A stretch of DNA of 64,000 nucleotides, from NCBI RefSeq assembly GCF_006345805.1, contig NC_042998.1, positions 37,572,001 through 37,636,000 of the forward strand, written 5' to 3'. The notes under the pieces are model-generated. The model was not told the DNA's origin, ran no database searches, and worked only from the letters and a program-made list of their open reading frames with translations. The DNA comes from Octopus sinensis (Eukaryota). The position numbers were made by a program, and so were the translations under genes. The number at the start of each line of letters is the position of its first letter. The first letter of the stretch is position 1. Shown one piece after another: positions 50,179 through 63,281 of the stretch.

Positions 50179-50215
50179 CAGATGAACATCCAGCTTCCAT
50201 GAAGGCAAGAATTTT
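50179..50215 (-). CDS. Hypothetical 71-aa protein, predicted exon 3 (KILAFMEAGCSS-G)
   Basis: 37 nt, ttgttag| acceptor, CTG|gtttgc donor; bridges phase 0 to phase 1 as the flanking exons require. Splice sites are weaker than the others. Confidence 0.42.
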
Positions 50216-50358
50216 CTAACAATTCCTTTAACAAAATAGACATTATACCAAGTTGTGGAATCAGAATTGTATGTAAACTCAATCAATGTACACACAAGTG
50301 AACTAAGTCGAATAGAAAAATAACGGAGATTCCTTAAGCAAATAATTAAAATACTTAC

Positions 50359-50409
50359 CGAAGCAACTTGTTCATACTCAACAGCAGTGACAAGAAAGTG
50401 TTCACTTAC
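50359..50409 (-). CDS. Hypothetical 71-aa protein, predicted exon 2 (VSEHFLVTAVEYEQVAS)
   Basis: 51 nt, strong acceptor atttgatttctatttcttctag| and consensus donor CG|gtaagt; only phase 0 is open. Confidence 0.65.
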
Positions 50410-51352
50410 CTAGAAGAAATAGAAATCAAATGATAATTACAGAGAATAAATTTTCAGATAATATTTAATCACATAATTATTTATTAAATCCAACAGACAT
50501 ACAAACCACACACAGTCTCAAACACAGAAACACACACACCGTACATACATACATACTTACATATACATAGTTCTGATCTTGTTTGGATATGTGGTATTAT
50601 GTAATAAACTGAGAAAATGCCTACAAACATATTAACTGATTATGTTTCATGTTCAAGGAATTTAATTACGTCAAAGAGAACAATCAAGATTTTCAAACGC
50701 TAAAAAAGCGACATAGTAATGAAAACAACCTCAACAAATCAAAGTTAGACTTTATGAACAAAAAACAAAAATAGTATTGTAACAGCCACTTTCTTTCATG
50801 GCGTTTATAAACGGCAGACAGCTTGCCTTCAGCTTTCGAGTGTCTGAAATTTTCAGCATACTTCATACAGCTCATACCATTCCACTTGAAAGACAGCAGT
50901 TCTAGATGGGCAAAACACAATGGTCTCGGATGTAAAACCATTGACTCTGTCTCCTCAGCTAGGTTTGGTCTATGTGGAAACAGCAATGGTAGACATAAGT
51001 GTCACAGAACTCTTTGGCTGTCAAAATTATAACCTTTGTGGGCAATTGCAAGTCATTAAGCTCCTATATCCTGAAATTCATTTTGGTACTGTTTCTTTTG
51101 GCTTTTTGGTATATTTTTCTAATAAAAAATTTTAAGTTTGGTCAAGGACTTAAGAGTTTACAACATATATTCTTAAATGAAATTTTTATAATACAATGCA
51201 ATAGTTAGCATGGATACTACGATTCGGGGTAAAATCGTTATAGAAGACAGAAACTACAATAGAAGCACCGTTCTATATTTAAGAGATGAGGAATTATGTA
51301 CGTTATTTACATTATTTACATTTGACCGATATTTGTCCTTATCTTGTTTGTT

Positions 51353-51399
51353 AACACATCGTTTCGGCTGATACACCCCTCCAGCCTTCATCAGGTGTC
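51353..51399 (-). ncRNA. Degenerate minimal hammerhead-like motif in a PLE-type terminal repeat
   Basis: Minus strand GACAC-CTGATGA-A-GGCTG...CAGCC-GAAAC-GAT-GTGT; the cleavage triplet region does not fit NUH. Confidence 0.45.
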
Positions 51400-52286
51400 T
51401 TGGGGAAATTTTGAACCTGGGTTCTACTTCCTAAGGTATTTTCGATGTTATTATTTATTATTAGTCAGATCACTGCTTGGAATCGAACTCGGAATCTTGG
51501 GGTTAGTAGCCCGCGCTCTTAACCGCTACGCCATATGCCCGCATAATCTACTCTACAAATTGTATGAAATCTCCATACAGTATTTGTCTCCAGTTATATT
51601 TTCCTATTTCGTCTATTCTAATATGCATATTAAAAAAAGAGAAAAACGTTTCGATATCCTGGAAGCAGGTGAAGCATTTTTCAGGAAGTTCTCGGAGCTC
51701 AAGAATTAAAAATAACATCGAATAATATCATTGACGATGTGATTTTCGATATTTACGTGCTTCTATGCTTCCATTTCTTAATCATGTCTAATGAAGATGT
51801 GAGGGGAAAATTTCTAATGATTCCTACCAGTTTTCCTATTTGACTGATACTTTATCTCATCGGCCACTGTCCAAGTATCGAACGCTCTCTGACAGGTTTG
51901 TGGTCGAACCTGTGTAAGTGGAGTCTCGGCTCTTGGATCCCATCTCTGCTAATTGCCTCGCGGCGGAGATGGCTGTCCGCAAATGCTAGCACTGTGAGTT
52001 AGATGGGCTGTTCAAACGCATCTCCCTCGCAATCCTCTGGGACGAGGACTTTTCCATTTTGTCCACTGAGACCACGATGCGGAATGAGAAGACTTTTTAA
52101 ATACTTCTTTGCTGTGAAGAATCGGTGAAATTTGATGACTTAGACAGGGTTATTTATTTATCTAATTAATTATACACTTCATAGCATAAATCGGATTATC
52201 TGAGGACGAAAGTTAAAATTGCTTCAAAACAACTAGAACTCAGATTGTCGGTACCACGGCCGCGCGTCCGAATTTTAGTTAGGGGT

Positions 52287-52422
52287 GGGGGAGGGAGTTG
52301 TGTACTTGCGTAACACAAGACGTTTGGTTTGGGCTGGGGGAGAGAGTTGTGTACTTGCGTAACACAAGACGTTTGGTTTGGGCTGGGGAGGGAGTTGTGT
52401 ACTTGCGTAACACAAGACGTTT
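52287..52422 (+). repeat. Minisatellite, 3 x 48-49 bp
   Basis: Unit GGGAGTTGTGTACTTGCGTAACACAAGACGTTTGGTTTGGGCTGGGGGA, near-identical copies with no spacers. Confidence 0.93.
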
Positions 52423-52639
52423 CATGTCACTACACTCAGCAGGAAAATTGTTGGTTAACAATAATACCGACACTCCAACCAATGTATGTACATAGTAGGT
52501 ATGTATACGTTGAAAGCATGTGTGTGCCTGCATACACACACTCACAGACACGCACATATGTATACACACACACACATATATATATATTGAGAAAGAGAGA
52601 GCGATACATGCATAGATATAAAGACGGATATATATATAC

Positions 52640-53462
52640 AGGTGGATGTGTGGCTGTGTGGAAAGACATTTGCGTCCCAACCAAAGGCTTCCGAGTTCAA
52701 TTCCACTGCATGGAACCTTGGGCAAGTACCTTATAGCTTCGGACCAACCAAGAGTTGTGACCGGATATGGTAGACGGAAATTGAAAAAAGTCCGTCATAC
52801 TTACACACACACACACACATAGGTGAGGTGTCATTGTGTTTCTGCGTATGAATATTTCTTTGTGGCTGTGTTTATCCTCCGTCACCACAGCTGTTGATAA
52901 TCCCCGATGGCGCTTCGGCAAAAGAGGAGAGAATAAGTGTCAGTTTTAGAAATAAAAAAGGACTGGGATCCATACAGTCGATGGAAATTCTATGATGCGG
53001 CGCTCCAGGTTGACCGCACCCTAATGACTAGCAATTAAACAGAATTCTAAGGCGCAGGTGTAGGTGTGTGCCAAGAAGCTTGCTTCCCAACTACTTGATG
53101 CCAAGTTCCGTCCCACTGCGTGGAATCTTGGGCAAATGTCTTCTACTATAACCTCGGGCCGACCAACGCCTTGTGAGTGGATTTGGTTGGTGGAAACTGA
53201 AAAAACCCGTCACAAACACACATACACACATGTGTATATACATATATACGTATGTGTGTGTATCTTTGTGCCCGTGTTTATCCCCCCCTCCGTTACCGCT
53301 GGATAACCAATGTTGGTGTGTTTGCGTCGGCAAAAGGGGCCGACAGAATAAGTACTAGGCTTAAGAAATAAATTCTGGGCTCGATTTCTTTGACTAAAAT
53401 CCTCGAAGGCGATGCTCCAGCATGGCCACAATCAAATGATTGAAACAAGTAAAAAGAATACG
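52640..53462 (+). mobile_element. Two tandem family B SINEs
   Basis: tRNA-like heads (GGCTGTGTGG...GAGTTCAATTCC; GGTGTGTGCCAAG...AGTTCCGTCCC), CTTGGGCAA motif, central (CA/TG)n, and CAGCATGGCCACAATCAAATGA tail on the second copy. Confidence 0.8.
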
Positions 53463-53951
53463 AGACTGTGTGTGTGTGTGTGTGTATCCCGTACCAATAA
53501 GATGTACAAAAGCCTACACAATAGTTCAACATGGCGGAGTTTAAAGTGAATCATATTTTCAGCCAAAATTGAAGTAATTTTACAACTTGTGCAAGAGAAT
53601 ATATGAAATTAGGTGCCGATATTATGTTGCGGGTAGTTCGATCGATAAATGTTTTCTTATTCGAAGTAGTTCCTCTCTTGTTTGAAATAAATCAATACGG
53701 AATGAGCTCCATGCAGTGACTCGGAACCATATACAGAAAACTCGTAAAAAGCTGTTCATTGAAACAAACATACTTGTATTTAATTAATTTCCGAGGAAAA
53801 CGTTAAAATATGAAATGAATTTCTGTTGATTATACATAACAACTATACTGAATTTTATCATTTATTTAATTTCCAGTGGATAAAGGAAAGGAAAGGAATG
53901 AATGTATTATAAACACACATACACACACATCTATGTATATAAATGTATGTA

Positions 53952-54538
53952 TCGTGAAGTATAATTCCCATCTAAATGTGGCTAAGCCTTAAGGGTTGAT
54001 GCTACTGTAGCTTGTAGCCCCAGGAAGACATCTTTCCCATCTCCAACCTCACGGGATACACACGGACCCGAGTTTTTGGATATTGACCCGTGATCAGCGT
54101 GACAACCACCGGTTGGCGATGGGAAGTGGTTCTCAATGCAAATATATATATGAGCAATAATAAATCTCTGGGCGAGGTATAAACAGTAGCTGCACGACGT
54201 CGTGAAGTATATTTCCCATCTAAATGTGGCTAACCCTTATGGGTTGATGCTACTGTAGCTTGTAGCCCCAGGAGGACACCTCCTCCAGCTGGCTACTGAG
54301 ACACTTTCTGAGCCCTGTTAGAATTTGCAAAGGGAAGTCATCTTTCCCATCTCCAGCCTGACGTGATACACACGGACCCGAGTTTCTGGATATTGACCCG
54401 TGATCAGCGTGTAACAACCACCGGTCGGCGATGAGAAGTGGTTCTCAATGCAAAAATATATATATATACTTTTTTCCAGTGACAAAAAGTGGAAACAAGC
54501 AATAATAAATCTCTGAGCGAGTTATAAACAGTAACTGC

Positions 54539-54543
<5 letters not shown>
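53952..54543. repeat. Tandem duplication of an interspersed repeat (copy 1 53952-54199 internally deleted; copy 2 54200-54543)
   Basis: Direct alignment; the 5' part is related to the reverse complement of ~43445-43515. Confidence 0.85.
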
Positions 54544-54584
<41 letters not shown>

Positions 54585-55589
54585 GAGTATATAAGGACGT
54601 CTTGTCGAGGCGGGTACCGGATAGTATCCGCTACATGCTTGAATTTGAGGGGTAAATGTCAGGACAATATCTCGTTAAGTTTCCGGGTAGTTATCGGTAT
54701 CCTCACCAGATTAAAATATCTTTTCTTTTTAAGTCTTAACATCACATGCAGGACACAATAGCTTCCGTATTATCTAGAACTTAATTAACAACTGCACCTT
54801 TCATATGAACGTCTTAAGTAAGCTCCTTACAACACAGATATAAAATTTAATCTGACAGAATTTTTTCCGTCAATTAAATTAAATTTAATTCATTAAAGTT
54901 CTGTTAGAACATTAAGATGTACTTTAACCTAATTTAGTGCATAGAAGGGGGAGTTCTGTCTTGGAACTAAGGTAGACATCATATCCGATACAAAGTATAT
55001 TTTATTGCCATATCAAGTTTTAATATCTCCCCTTCACCTTCCTTCTACAACCATAGTAAAATAAGAAATAAGCGAGTCACGCATCAATAAATTCATTTCG
55101 CTTCGGACCACGCTTGTGGAAAGACCCAGAATAAAGATGCCTAGCAGAATATTGCGGGTTCCATTTGCAACTGCACGTTCTTTATGCCACAGGAACACGT
55201 CTCCATCATTTTAACCAATTCTGTTGTATTATTAACGTTTAAAAATAAAAGGAAAATTTGATCATGCTGCAGTCACCGTATTTTTTGTAACTGTTTTAGA
55301 TTCAAGTATGTGTGTGTGGATTTAGATGTGTGTGTGTGTACATGTGTGTGTATGTAGTTTATTTTGGAAGTTAAGGTAAGATAAAAAAAAAAGTACGCAG
55401 TCGAGCGAGAGAGAAATATCATTTAATGTAAGATATGAGCTACGTATACTTTCTTGCTATGCAACGATATATCTATAATACGCCTGGTGTCTTTCAGCAA
55501 TCATCGACATCTGAGCAAATGGTCGGTTCTATTTCAAAATCAAGGCGCTCGTACATGAAAAATCTCGACAAAAAACCGAGAAGAACGTT

Positions 55590-55634
<45 letters not shown>

Positions 55635-55641
55635 TATATAT

Positions 55642-55682
<41 letters not shown>

Positions 55683-56829
55683 TATAAACATATACATAGA
55701 TTGATAGAATGTGTGCCTTTTCAATTTGAGGAATATGATCGCTATTTCTAGCCGGACTTGGGCTTCTCTAAGTGGGTTATATATATATTATATAATCTTG
55801 TTTGTGCTTTACTATAAACTTTGTCTATGAAAGTAAGATCAAAACATCCCATTTTTTGTCGCCTTTACAATTTGCTCGACGCGACGTATTTCATTGCCAT
55901 TTAACAGTTTGAAAGATTCCTTCATCTCGACATATTAAATTCGCGACAGAAAGGTAAAATATGTGTGACAAGGAATTAACTCCTTAAAAATAAAACCATA
56001 GATTTGACACAAGGACAGTTGTTAGCGGACAACAATTCATCGCGAGTTCTGATCCAATGCAATTATGGATATCTCGACATATGTACTTCTGGCCGCTGAG
56101 GGAGAAGATTAGCTCACTAAACGAGGCAGTGGGCCGCTATATCACTGATGTTTCGATAATCTGGGTTCAATGAACACCACTTAAAATAAGGATACGCTCG
56201 TAATTTCACCTCAGATTCGATTCCCCTTGTTTGAACAACCTCCATTGATTATGGGAATCATCCAGGTGTGTCTTTTATATCTTGATTTATATGGCGATTT
56301 TACTTCATAATTAAGCTAGAGGGACGAAATGGGAAGTAATGAGTGTGTGTCTGTATGTATATTTGTGTTTATATATCTTTGTGTGTGCATGTGCGTGAGA
56401 GAGAGGCCGTGTGTGTATGGTATAGCATGTATTTAAATATAGGAGAACGCACACGCTTCTACACGTACAAATTTTATGCTGCTTTCTAAAGATTATCTAT
56501 CTACACACACACATATACATACACTACACACACACACTCAAGCACGCATATATAAACATATATACATACGCGCATATATGTTAAGAGATATTATAGATGG
56601 AATACATTCCCAACATAATTTATTTCTTGCTGATATTCCCAGAGATAGATTGAATATATGGTTAATTAGATTTGCGAGTGATTGATTTTGTGTTCATCAC
56701 TAATTCAACCGTTTTAAAATACTCTATTAACTTGCGCTGAATTTTCATGATATATTCTTGTCCATCCCACGAGTAATTTTATTGTTTATAATGTAAATAT
56801 GATGAGATAATTTTAGAAAAACTAACTTC

Positions 56830-56868
<39 letters not shown>

Positions 56869-57154
56869 TCGTCAACGCAAACACATTTTTCTACGCCATT
56901 GATGTGCAAAAATATGAAGGGGAAAGAGATAGTCCGGTTTCTCGGAAGAGCAATCAGTAAACCGTGAAATGGGCGTCGCGAGATTGTCTTTTTCTTTTTA
57001 CTGGCCAAAAATGGCAAACAGAATAAAATAAAATATAAAGCCCCCCCCCCCGCCCCGCCAAAAAAAATAAAGAATTGTTTACATTCTTATTACATCGATA
57101 ATGACTATGACTAATATTAAAATTTATTTCCGATCTTCTGATTTACATTGTATG

Positions 57155-57159
57155 GATGG

Positions 57160-57218
<59 letters not shown>

Positions 57219-57383
57219 TATGTATGTATGTGTGTATGTAATGTATGTATCTATGGATGTGTGTATGTATGTATGTGTGTGTGTGTGTATGTACGTATGT
57301 ATGTATGTGTGTATGTAATGTATGTATCTATGGATGCGTGTATGTATGTATGTGTGTGTGTGTGTGTGTGTATGTGTGTGTGT

Positions 57384-57432
<49 letters not shown>

Positions 57433-57470
57433 GTGTGTGTGTGTGTGTGTGGTGTGTGTGTGTGTGTTAG
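57155..57470. repeat. Compound (GT)n/(GTAT)n microsatellite
   Basis: Low-complexity tract producing the CV-rich pseudo-ORFs. Confidence 0.96.
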
Positions 57471-57979
57471 CTTTCATACGCAAGCGTGTATGAACTATTC
57501 TCTCTTTGATTGTTCTCTAATCTCCCCCAACCATGACGTAGCGGACCATCGAAAATGTTCAAACGGCAGATCGAATATGATTCATCGACATTGAGCTAGT
57601 AACCATTTCAATCGATGTCATTTTTTTTTTTATGAATTAATATTTACGTAGAATTTAAATAAAATTGTTCTAATATTGTGTATGTACTCTTCGTTTGAAC
57701 AGAGCAAGCTTGACCACGGAATCATTGTAAATCTGGCAGTCAGATAAAGCTCAGTTCCGTCATACGGATTATGATCGCAAATCGCAGAAACTTAGAAATA
57801 TTGTTTGTTACAACTAAAATTTCAATCTCAACGAAATAAGAGAGAAATTTACGAGAATATTCTACACTAGATGTTTCATCGAATTTTCATATTAGAATTA
57901 GTTGCTTAATCTTTATTTAACAAAAATGGCTTGTGGCCATATTCCCTTGCATATCAGCTAACTCTTATGAGCGTAAATT

Positions 57980-58195
57980 TATATAATCGGATTGTTGCAT
58001 ACCATTCCATTATATTCCTTGTGCGAAACCGATTGACAAGATCAGGCGTGACGGAAAGGTCAGCAAATTGGCTCAACGGGTTCCTCACAAACTTTCCAAC
58101 TCTAACCACGCGCAGAGAGTGAATGTGCGCTCTTCTTTGCCGTCACGTCTCGCGAATGAACCCTTTTTGGACCGATTAATTACTAGTGATGTGCA
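57980..58195 (+). mobile_element. Mariner (Tc1/mariner) transposase relic
   Basis: GKVSKLAQRVPHKLSNSNHAQRVNVRSSLPSRLANEPFLDRLITSDV matches the mariner WVPHEL...FLDRIVTGDEKW block. Confidence 0.8.
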
Positions 58196-58519
58196 CTAAT
58201 TATGAAATCATATGATCTGCGACTGAATCTGTTTTTAAGGAGCTCGCTTCGAGAGTTGAATTTCCCTCGCGTTCGGCACACTGTATTTATTATGGTAGTT
58301 TTGACTCTAAGAGTCCCTCATAGCGTGAGGCATTTATGTATAGTAATGCCCTTAATATAAATAAATATATTTAAAGGGAATAATTAAATTTTTTTCCCTT
58401 ATGAGTTTTTTTCCCGCTGACTATTTGATAAATTCTTATAAAGATTTTATCCTGCTTCTAAATTTGTAAAATGTTTATCCTACTTTAAAATTATATATAT
58501 ATATATATATATACATACA

Positions 58520-58683
58520 CGAGGGGCTTCTATCTGTTTCCGTCTGCCAAATCCACTCAGAAGGCTTTGGTTGTCCCGAGGCTATAGCAGAAGAAACTTG
58601 CCCAAGTTGCTACGCAGTGGAACTGAGCTTGGAATCATGTGGTTGGTAAGCAAGCTTCTAGCCATATAGCCACTCATGTGCCT
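58520..58683 (-). mobile_element. Family B SINE 5' half
   Basis: Reverse complement of the head/CTTGGGCAAG/TATAGCCTCGGG region. Confidence 0.8.
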
Positions 58684-60004
58684 ATCCACACAACCACTCC
58701 TACAACAGTTATATATCAGGACACCAGGCTATCAATGATATTTAGACTGGTAAAGAACCCCATTTATGCTTATGGCAGCATCCAAAGTTCATTACTCTTC
58801 TACACTATAAATCCATGATTGTGCTCCAGCGATTCTGGTTTTTAACCAAAGTGATACACAAGTCAATATGTAAAGAATGGTCAATACATATTTTATATGT
58901 ATTTGCTACAATAAGGAAAAAACATGTAATGGCCACTACTTACGCCTTGTCTTGTATGTATGTATGTGTAGGTGTGACTGTGTGTAAAATTCGACATTTC
59001 CCTATTTTCTTTAAAGTATATTTTAAACGCTGAACGGTATTTTGTCTTGTTAGAGATTGATTTATTGTTGTACAAAAGATTCAGGAAACGAAAAGACACG
59101 TCCGTTGTGTGAATGAGTGTGCATGCACACGCGCGCGTTTTGCTCGTGTGTGTCTGTATCAGTTGATACCGTTTAAAATGGACAGCATTTGAGTCACCAC
59201 CTCGCAGTATGATCCCGAAAGAGAAAAACAAATTGCATATCATTATTATACGTAGTCAAATACATTGAAACTGCCTGGAATAGTTACTTATGTTAGATCA
59301 ACGCTACGTTCGGATACGAAATGTTTCTTTACGCATGTGCAGCGTAGTTGTGAGATATAATCTCTCTGGTTGACCCTCTGTCTCCTTCTCTACGCCTATA
59401 TGTTAGTCGGGTGCTGTACTCTTGTGTGCGTTAGTCATAATTCATGTGTACATCGTTTCTTTCCCATGGTAACAGTTTGTTGAATTGTTTAATCAAGCCC
59501 AACGCGACTACAATGAGATTCGAGAATGCACACACTCACGCATATATATAAGACGGGTTCTTTCACTTTCATTGTTTCAAATCCGGCCGCAAAACTTAGG
59601 ACGGTCCACGGCTATAGCAGTAGGCTCTTGCTTAAGGTAACTCGTAGAACTCGAGACCACATTGTTGGGAAGCAATTTACGCAACCACACAATAGGCAGA
59701 GAAAGAGTATAAAATGCGGCACTTGGGGTGCATCTGTCTCCCCCGAAACTGAGCATGTTTGTATAGCTCTGCCAATATCTTCTCTTCGTTGGGCTTCCGC
59801 CAGTATCACTTTTCATCTCCTCTGTGCTACGTAACCTCTCCCTAATGAAAGTTGCTACCTTTCTTTTGCACCGTCCCTCAGTACACTGTGTGCTATAGAT
59901 GACATGTTCAATTAGAACACAGTCTCGTTTAATAACATTGATGTGAAGGTATTATCAACGCATAGAACAGACTTGACATTTAGATTACAGAGGACACTAT
60001 CTAT

Positions 60005-60148
60005 CTATCCGCTCAGTCGAAGTCGACTCTCGGATAATCGTTGGATCAGTGTCCTCCAGTCAGTTATATCCTGGCCCGCTTCTTTCAGATTGGCTATGTC
60101 CCTTCCGGTATCACCCTTGATGGTGTCAAGCCAGCGGGTTCTTGGTCG
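60005..60148 (-). mobile_element. RTE (BovB-like) LINE 3' end
   Basis: RPRTRWLDTIKGDTGRDIANLKEAGQDITDWRTLIQRLSESRLRLSG* followed by a (GATA)n tail. Confidence 0.8.
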
Positions 60149-60544
60149 GACACACACATAGTAATAGACAGATCGTGCCTCAGCAGAGCACACGAATGGA
60201 ACGATACCACCACCAGCATTACACTACGCAACATGACGACTACAGACAGAATGCAAAACAGAGATACAAACAGTATAATACATCAACCCATATACATACA
60301 TAAAAGTAGATACATACACATATCTTAGACGAAATGCGGCAAAGAGATAAATAAATGGAACCAAGGAAAAAATTAAAGGTATACGGATAAAAATAGTAGA
60401 GTAAGTAAACTCATATACACACTAATAAACAAGTGCAGAACGAATATATATTTACAGTGCGTGTGATTATTTGGCAAAAACGACCGTCCCAAAATATATG
60501 TTTCAACACACGATTTGACATCAAGAATTTAAAAATGTGTATGT

Positions 60545-60855
60545 GTAATTATATATGTATGGGTATATATGTATGTGCATATATATATATACATATATAT
60601 GTATGTGTATATATGTATACATATATATGTATGTGTATATATGTATACATATATATGTATGTGTATATATATATGTATGTATGTATATATATATGTGTGT
60701 GTGTGTGTATACATATATATGTATGTGTATATATATATGTATGTATGTATATATATATATGTGTGTGTGTGTGTATACATATATATGTATGTGTATACAT
60801 ATATATGTATGTGTATATATATATATATATATAGGTATGTATGTGTATACATACG
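60545..60855. repeat. Compound (TA)/(TG)/(CATA) microsatellite
   Basis: Low-complexity tract producing six overlapping pseudo-ORFs. Confidence 0.95.
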
Positions 60856-60924
60856 TGCACACACACAAGACCCACATGTGAGAAAATCAGAAGTTTCTGC
60901 TGTAGCTATAGATTATCTGTTACA

Positions 60925-61095
60925 ATAGATAGAAACATTAGGGTGACATATTTCTTGGATGCACCATTGAGCCTTACCATAGGGTTGTACAATGCTTTAC
61001 ACAAAGCCAAAAAAACCTGGCGGTATGTGAAAAGAAAATCAAATCTTCCTAGAGCAAATATCAATTCCATTATCAATAGTGTATCTACCATCTAA
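60925..61095 (+). mobile_element. Penelope-like RT thumb-region relic
   Basis: VTYFLDAPLSLTIGLYNALHKAKKTWRYVKRKSNLPRANINSIINSV resembles the PLE pattern VNFLDVTL...Y.PY.K......Y....SNHP..I...IP.S. Confidence 0.6.
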
Positions 61096-61115
61096 CGCTG
61101 ATTTTGGTGACTTAC

Positions 61116-61157
61116 TTTTGTTGTGACGTCCTCGAAACTACTGCAGATAATGTCCAT
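61116..61157 (-). CDS. Hypothetical 71-aa protein, predicted first coding exon (MDIICSSFEDVTTK)
   Basis: 60-nt exon 61175-61116 with acceptor cctttctgttag| and donor AAA|gtaagt; all entry phases are closed, but AAAAATGG opens 14 codons ending in phase 0. Confidence 0.5.
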
Positions 61158-62619
61158 TTTTTTTAGTATTTAAGGCTAACAGAAAGGTGTTCGTATATTC
61201 GTGGAACAAATTTCACTAATTTGAAATCTATTCCACAAAATATATACATTTTATACAGGGAAGATATAGGAATCACGTGATACATATACACTTGAGTTAT
61301 TGAAACCACTATCACTGTGACGTACATGGTTTAATCGATAATGAAAATCGGAATATCAGTCAGATTGCTATAGTGAATATTGTAAGCAAGAATTAAATTG
61401 ATGTCTGATCCGGATTTTTCTCGTATTCTCACGCAAAAACGTGAAAATTATCATAATGTCCTGTTCTAAGACACTGAACAAAATTCAAACTGTGCAATAA
61501 TGAATGTTTTTTGAAAGTCGCTATAAAACGTCTTTACCTATATTTGGTGAAATCTCCCGTAGTTTAGTGTCATGTGGCTAACTGAATGAATAAAAGTTCC
61601 AATTTAATACAAGCAGAAAAGAAAAGATCAACCATGACATGTCAAACACTCTTAAGTCAATTTTACCAATAAAACCATCATACATTCTATCATATCTACA
61701 AATGTCTCAATCATATTTATACTCGTACATATTGAAGGTTCGTTCAGAATCAACCGTATTATGTACAAATACTCTTATAAACTGAAACGGCTTTCTGTAT
61801 TTATTAATATCACTGATATATATTATGCGTTTGCGTGTTTGCGTGACTGCGTATCGGTGTCTTTCTCTCATAAATATGAAAGCTTAGAACATGCACACAT
61901 TTATGAAAGTTTGAAAAGTTCTGGTAGTTTCAATAAATGCAACCGATACCACCTGTATTACATTTAAACACATATGACGTTTGATATTATTTAATGATAG
62001 TGTTATATCAAAATACATAAGCATAATTCCACAAAGTTTTGGATATAATTATGCCTCGTGCAAATACAACATTGCTAACACAGTCGTCGCAAATTTTATG
62101 GTACAAATATATTCTCTAACATGAATGCCGTTATAAATCGTGTCCTGTTATTTTGTATCTGATGACGTGAATAATGTTTTGTCTGGAATCGGAATCGGAT
62201 TTTACGGCTATTATCTCGTTTATTGATTTCGGACGAAGTTATTTGAAATATGTATTTACTTCAGTTACTTAAAACATATATTCAACATCATATTTATGTT
62301 GGTTTTATGATTAAAACTCCTTCATTTTATATGATTGAAGTGATGAGTTACAGGGTTAGACAAAATGACTGCAGGAATAATTAAAGCGCCAATATCCTCG
62401 CTCGGTCAGACACTTATTCGCATTATTTACGATTCTTTAACTGGTTACGGACATGTATTGTTTCTCTTTACTTTAATTTCCATGTTCATACAAATATGAA
62501 TACAAAATCCATGGTGATCAATTATATTGAAAAAACTGGCACTCCATCGATTAAGAAGACAATGATTCCAGACAATCTGGTCATTAGAACAGCTTGCTCG
62601 TGAAATTAACATACAAGTA

Positions 62620-62850
62620 GCTGAGCAGGCCTCAGACACGCATACCTTAAGATAATTCTCAGAGATTCGGCGTGACACAGAATCCGACAAGGTTGTCCCC
62701 TTAAATTACAAGCGCTACTCATTTTTGCTAATTGAATGAACTGGATTGGCGGGAAATACAGGGTCTTCCTCAAGGACACAACCCACCGACAGCTATCGAA
62801 CTTACGACCTTACGATCGCGAGTCGAATAATCTGACCCCTTGACCACACG
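62620..62850 (-). mobile_element. SINE family C fragment
   Basis: GGCGTGACACAGAAT..., CTCAAGGACACAAC, ATCGAACTTACGACCTTACGATCGCGAGTCG (tRNA head on the minus strand). Confidence 0.7.
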
Positions 62851-62877
62851 CTTTCACTATATCAATGCTTATTATTA

Positions 62878-63045
62878 GCGCAGGAGTGGCTGTGTGGTAA
62901 GAAGCCGGCTTCCCAACCACATAGTCCCAGTTTCAGTGCCACTGCGTGGCAACAAGAGGGAGTCTCTTCTGCTATAGCCTCGGGCCAACCAAAACCTTGT
63001 GATTTGATTTGGTAGACGGAACCTGTAAGAAGCCCGTCATTTATA

Positions 63046-63082
<37 letters not shown>

Positions 63083-63281
63083 GTACTTGTGTGTCTGTGT
63101 TTGTCCTCCCCACCTTCACTTGAAAAATGATGTTGGTGTGTTTACATCCCCGTAACTTAGTGGTTCGGCAAAACAGACTCATAGAATAAGCTTACAAAGA
63201 ATAAGTTCTGAGGTCGATTTGTTCGACTAAAGGCGGTGCTCCAGCATGGCCGCAGTCAAATGACTGAAAGACGTAAAAGAG
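62878..63281 (+). mobile_element. Near full-length family B SINE with central (TA)n
   Basis: GCGCAGGAGTGGCTGTGTGGTAAG head, TATAGCCTCGGGCCAACCAAA body, CAGCATGGCCGCAGTCAAATGACTGAAA tail. Confidence 0.85.

Noticed and set aside
52287-52422. CRISPR-like array
   Set aside because: Units are contiguous and near-identical with no unique spacers, there are no cas genes, and the context is eukaryotic.
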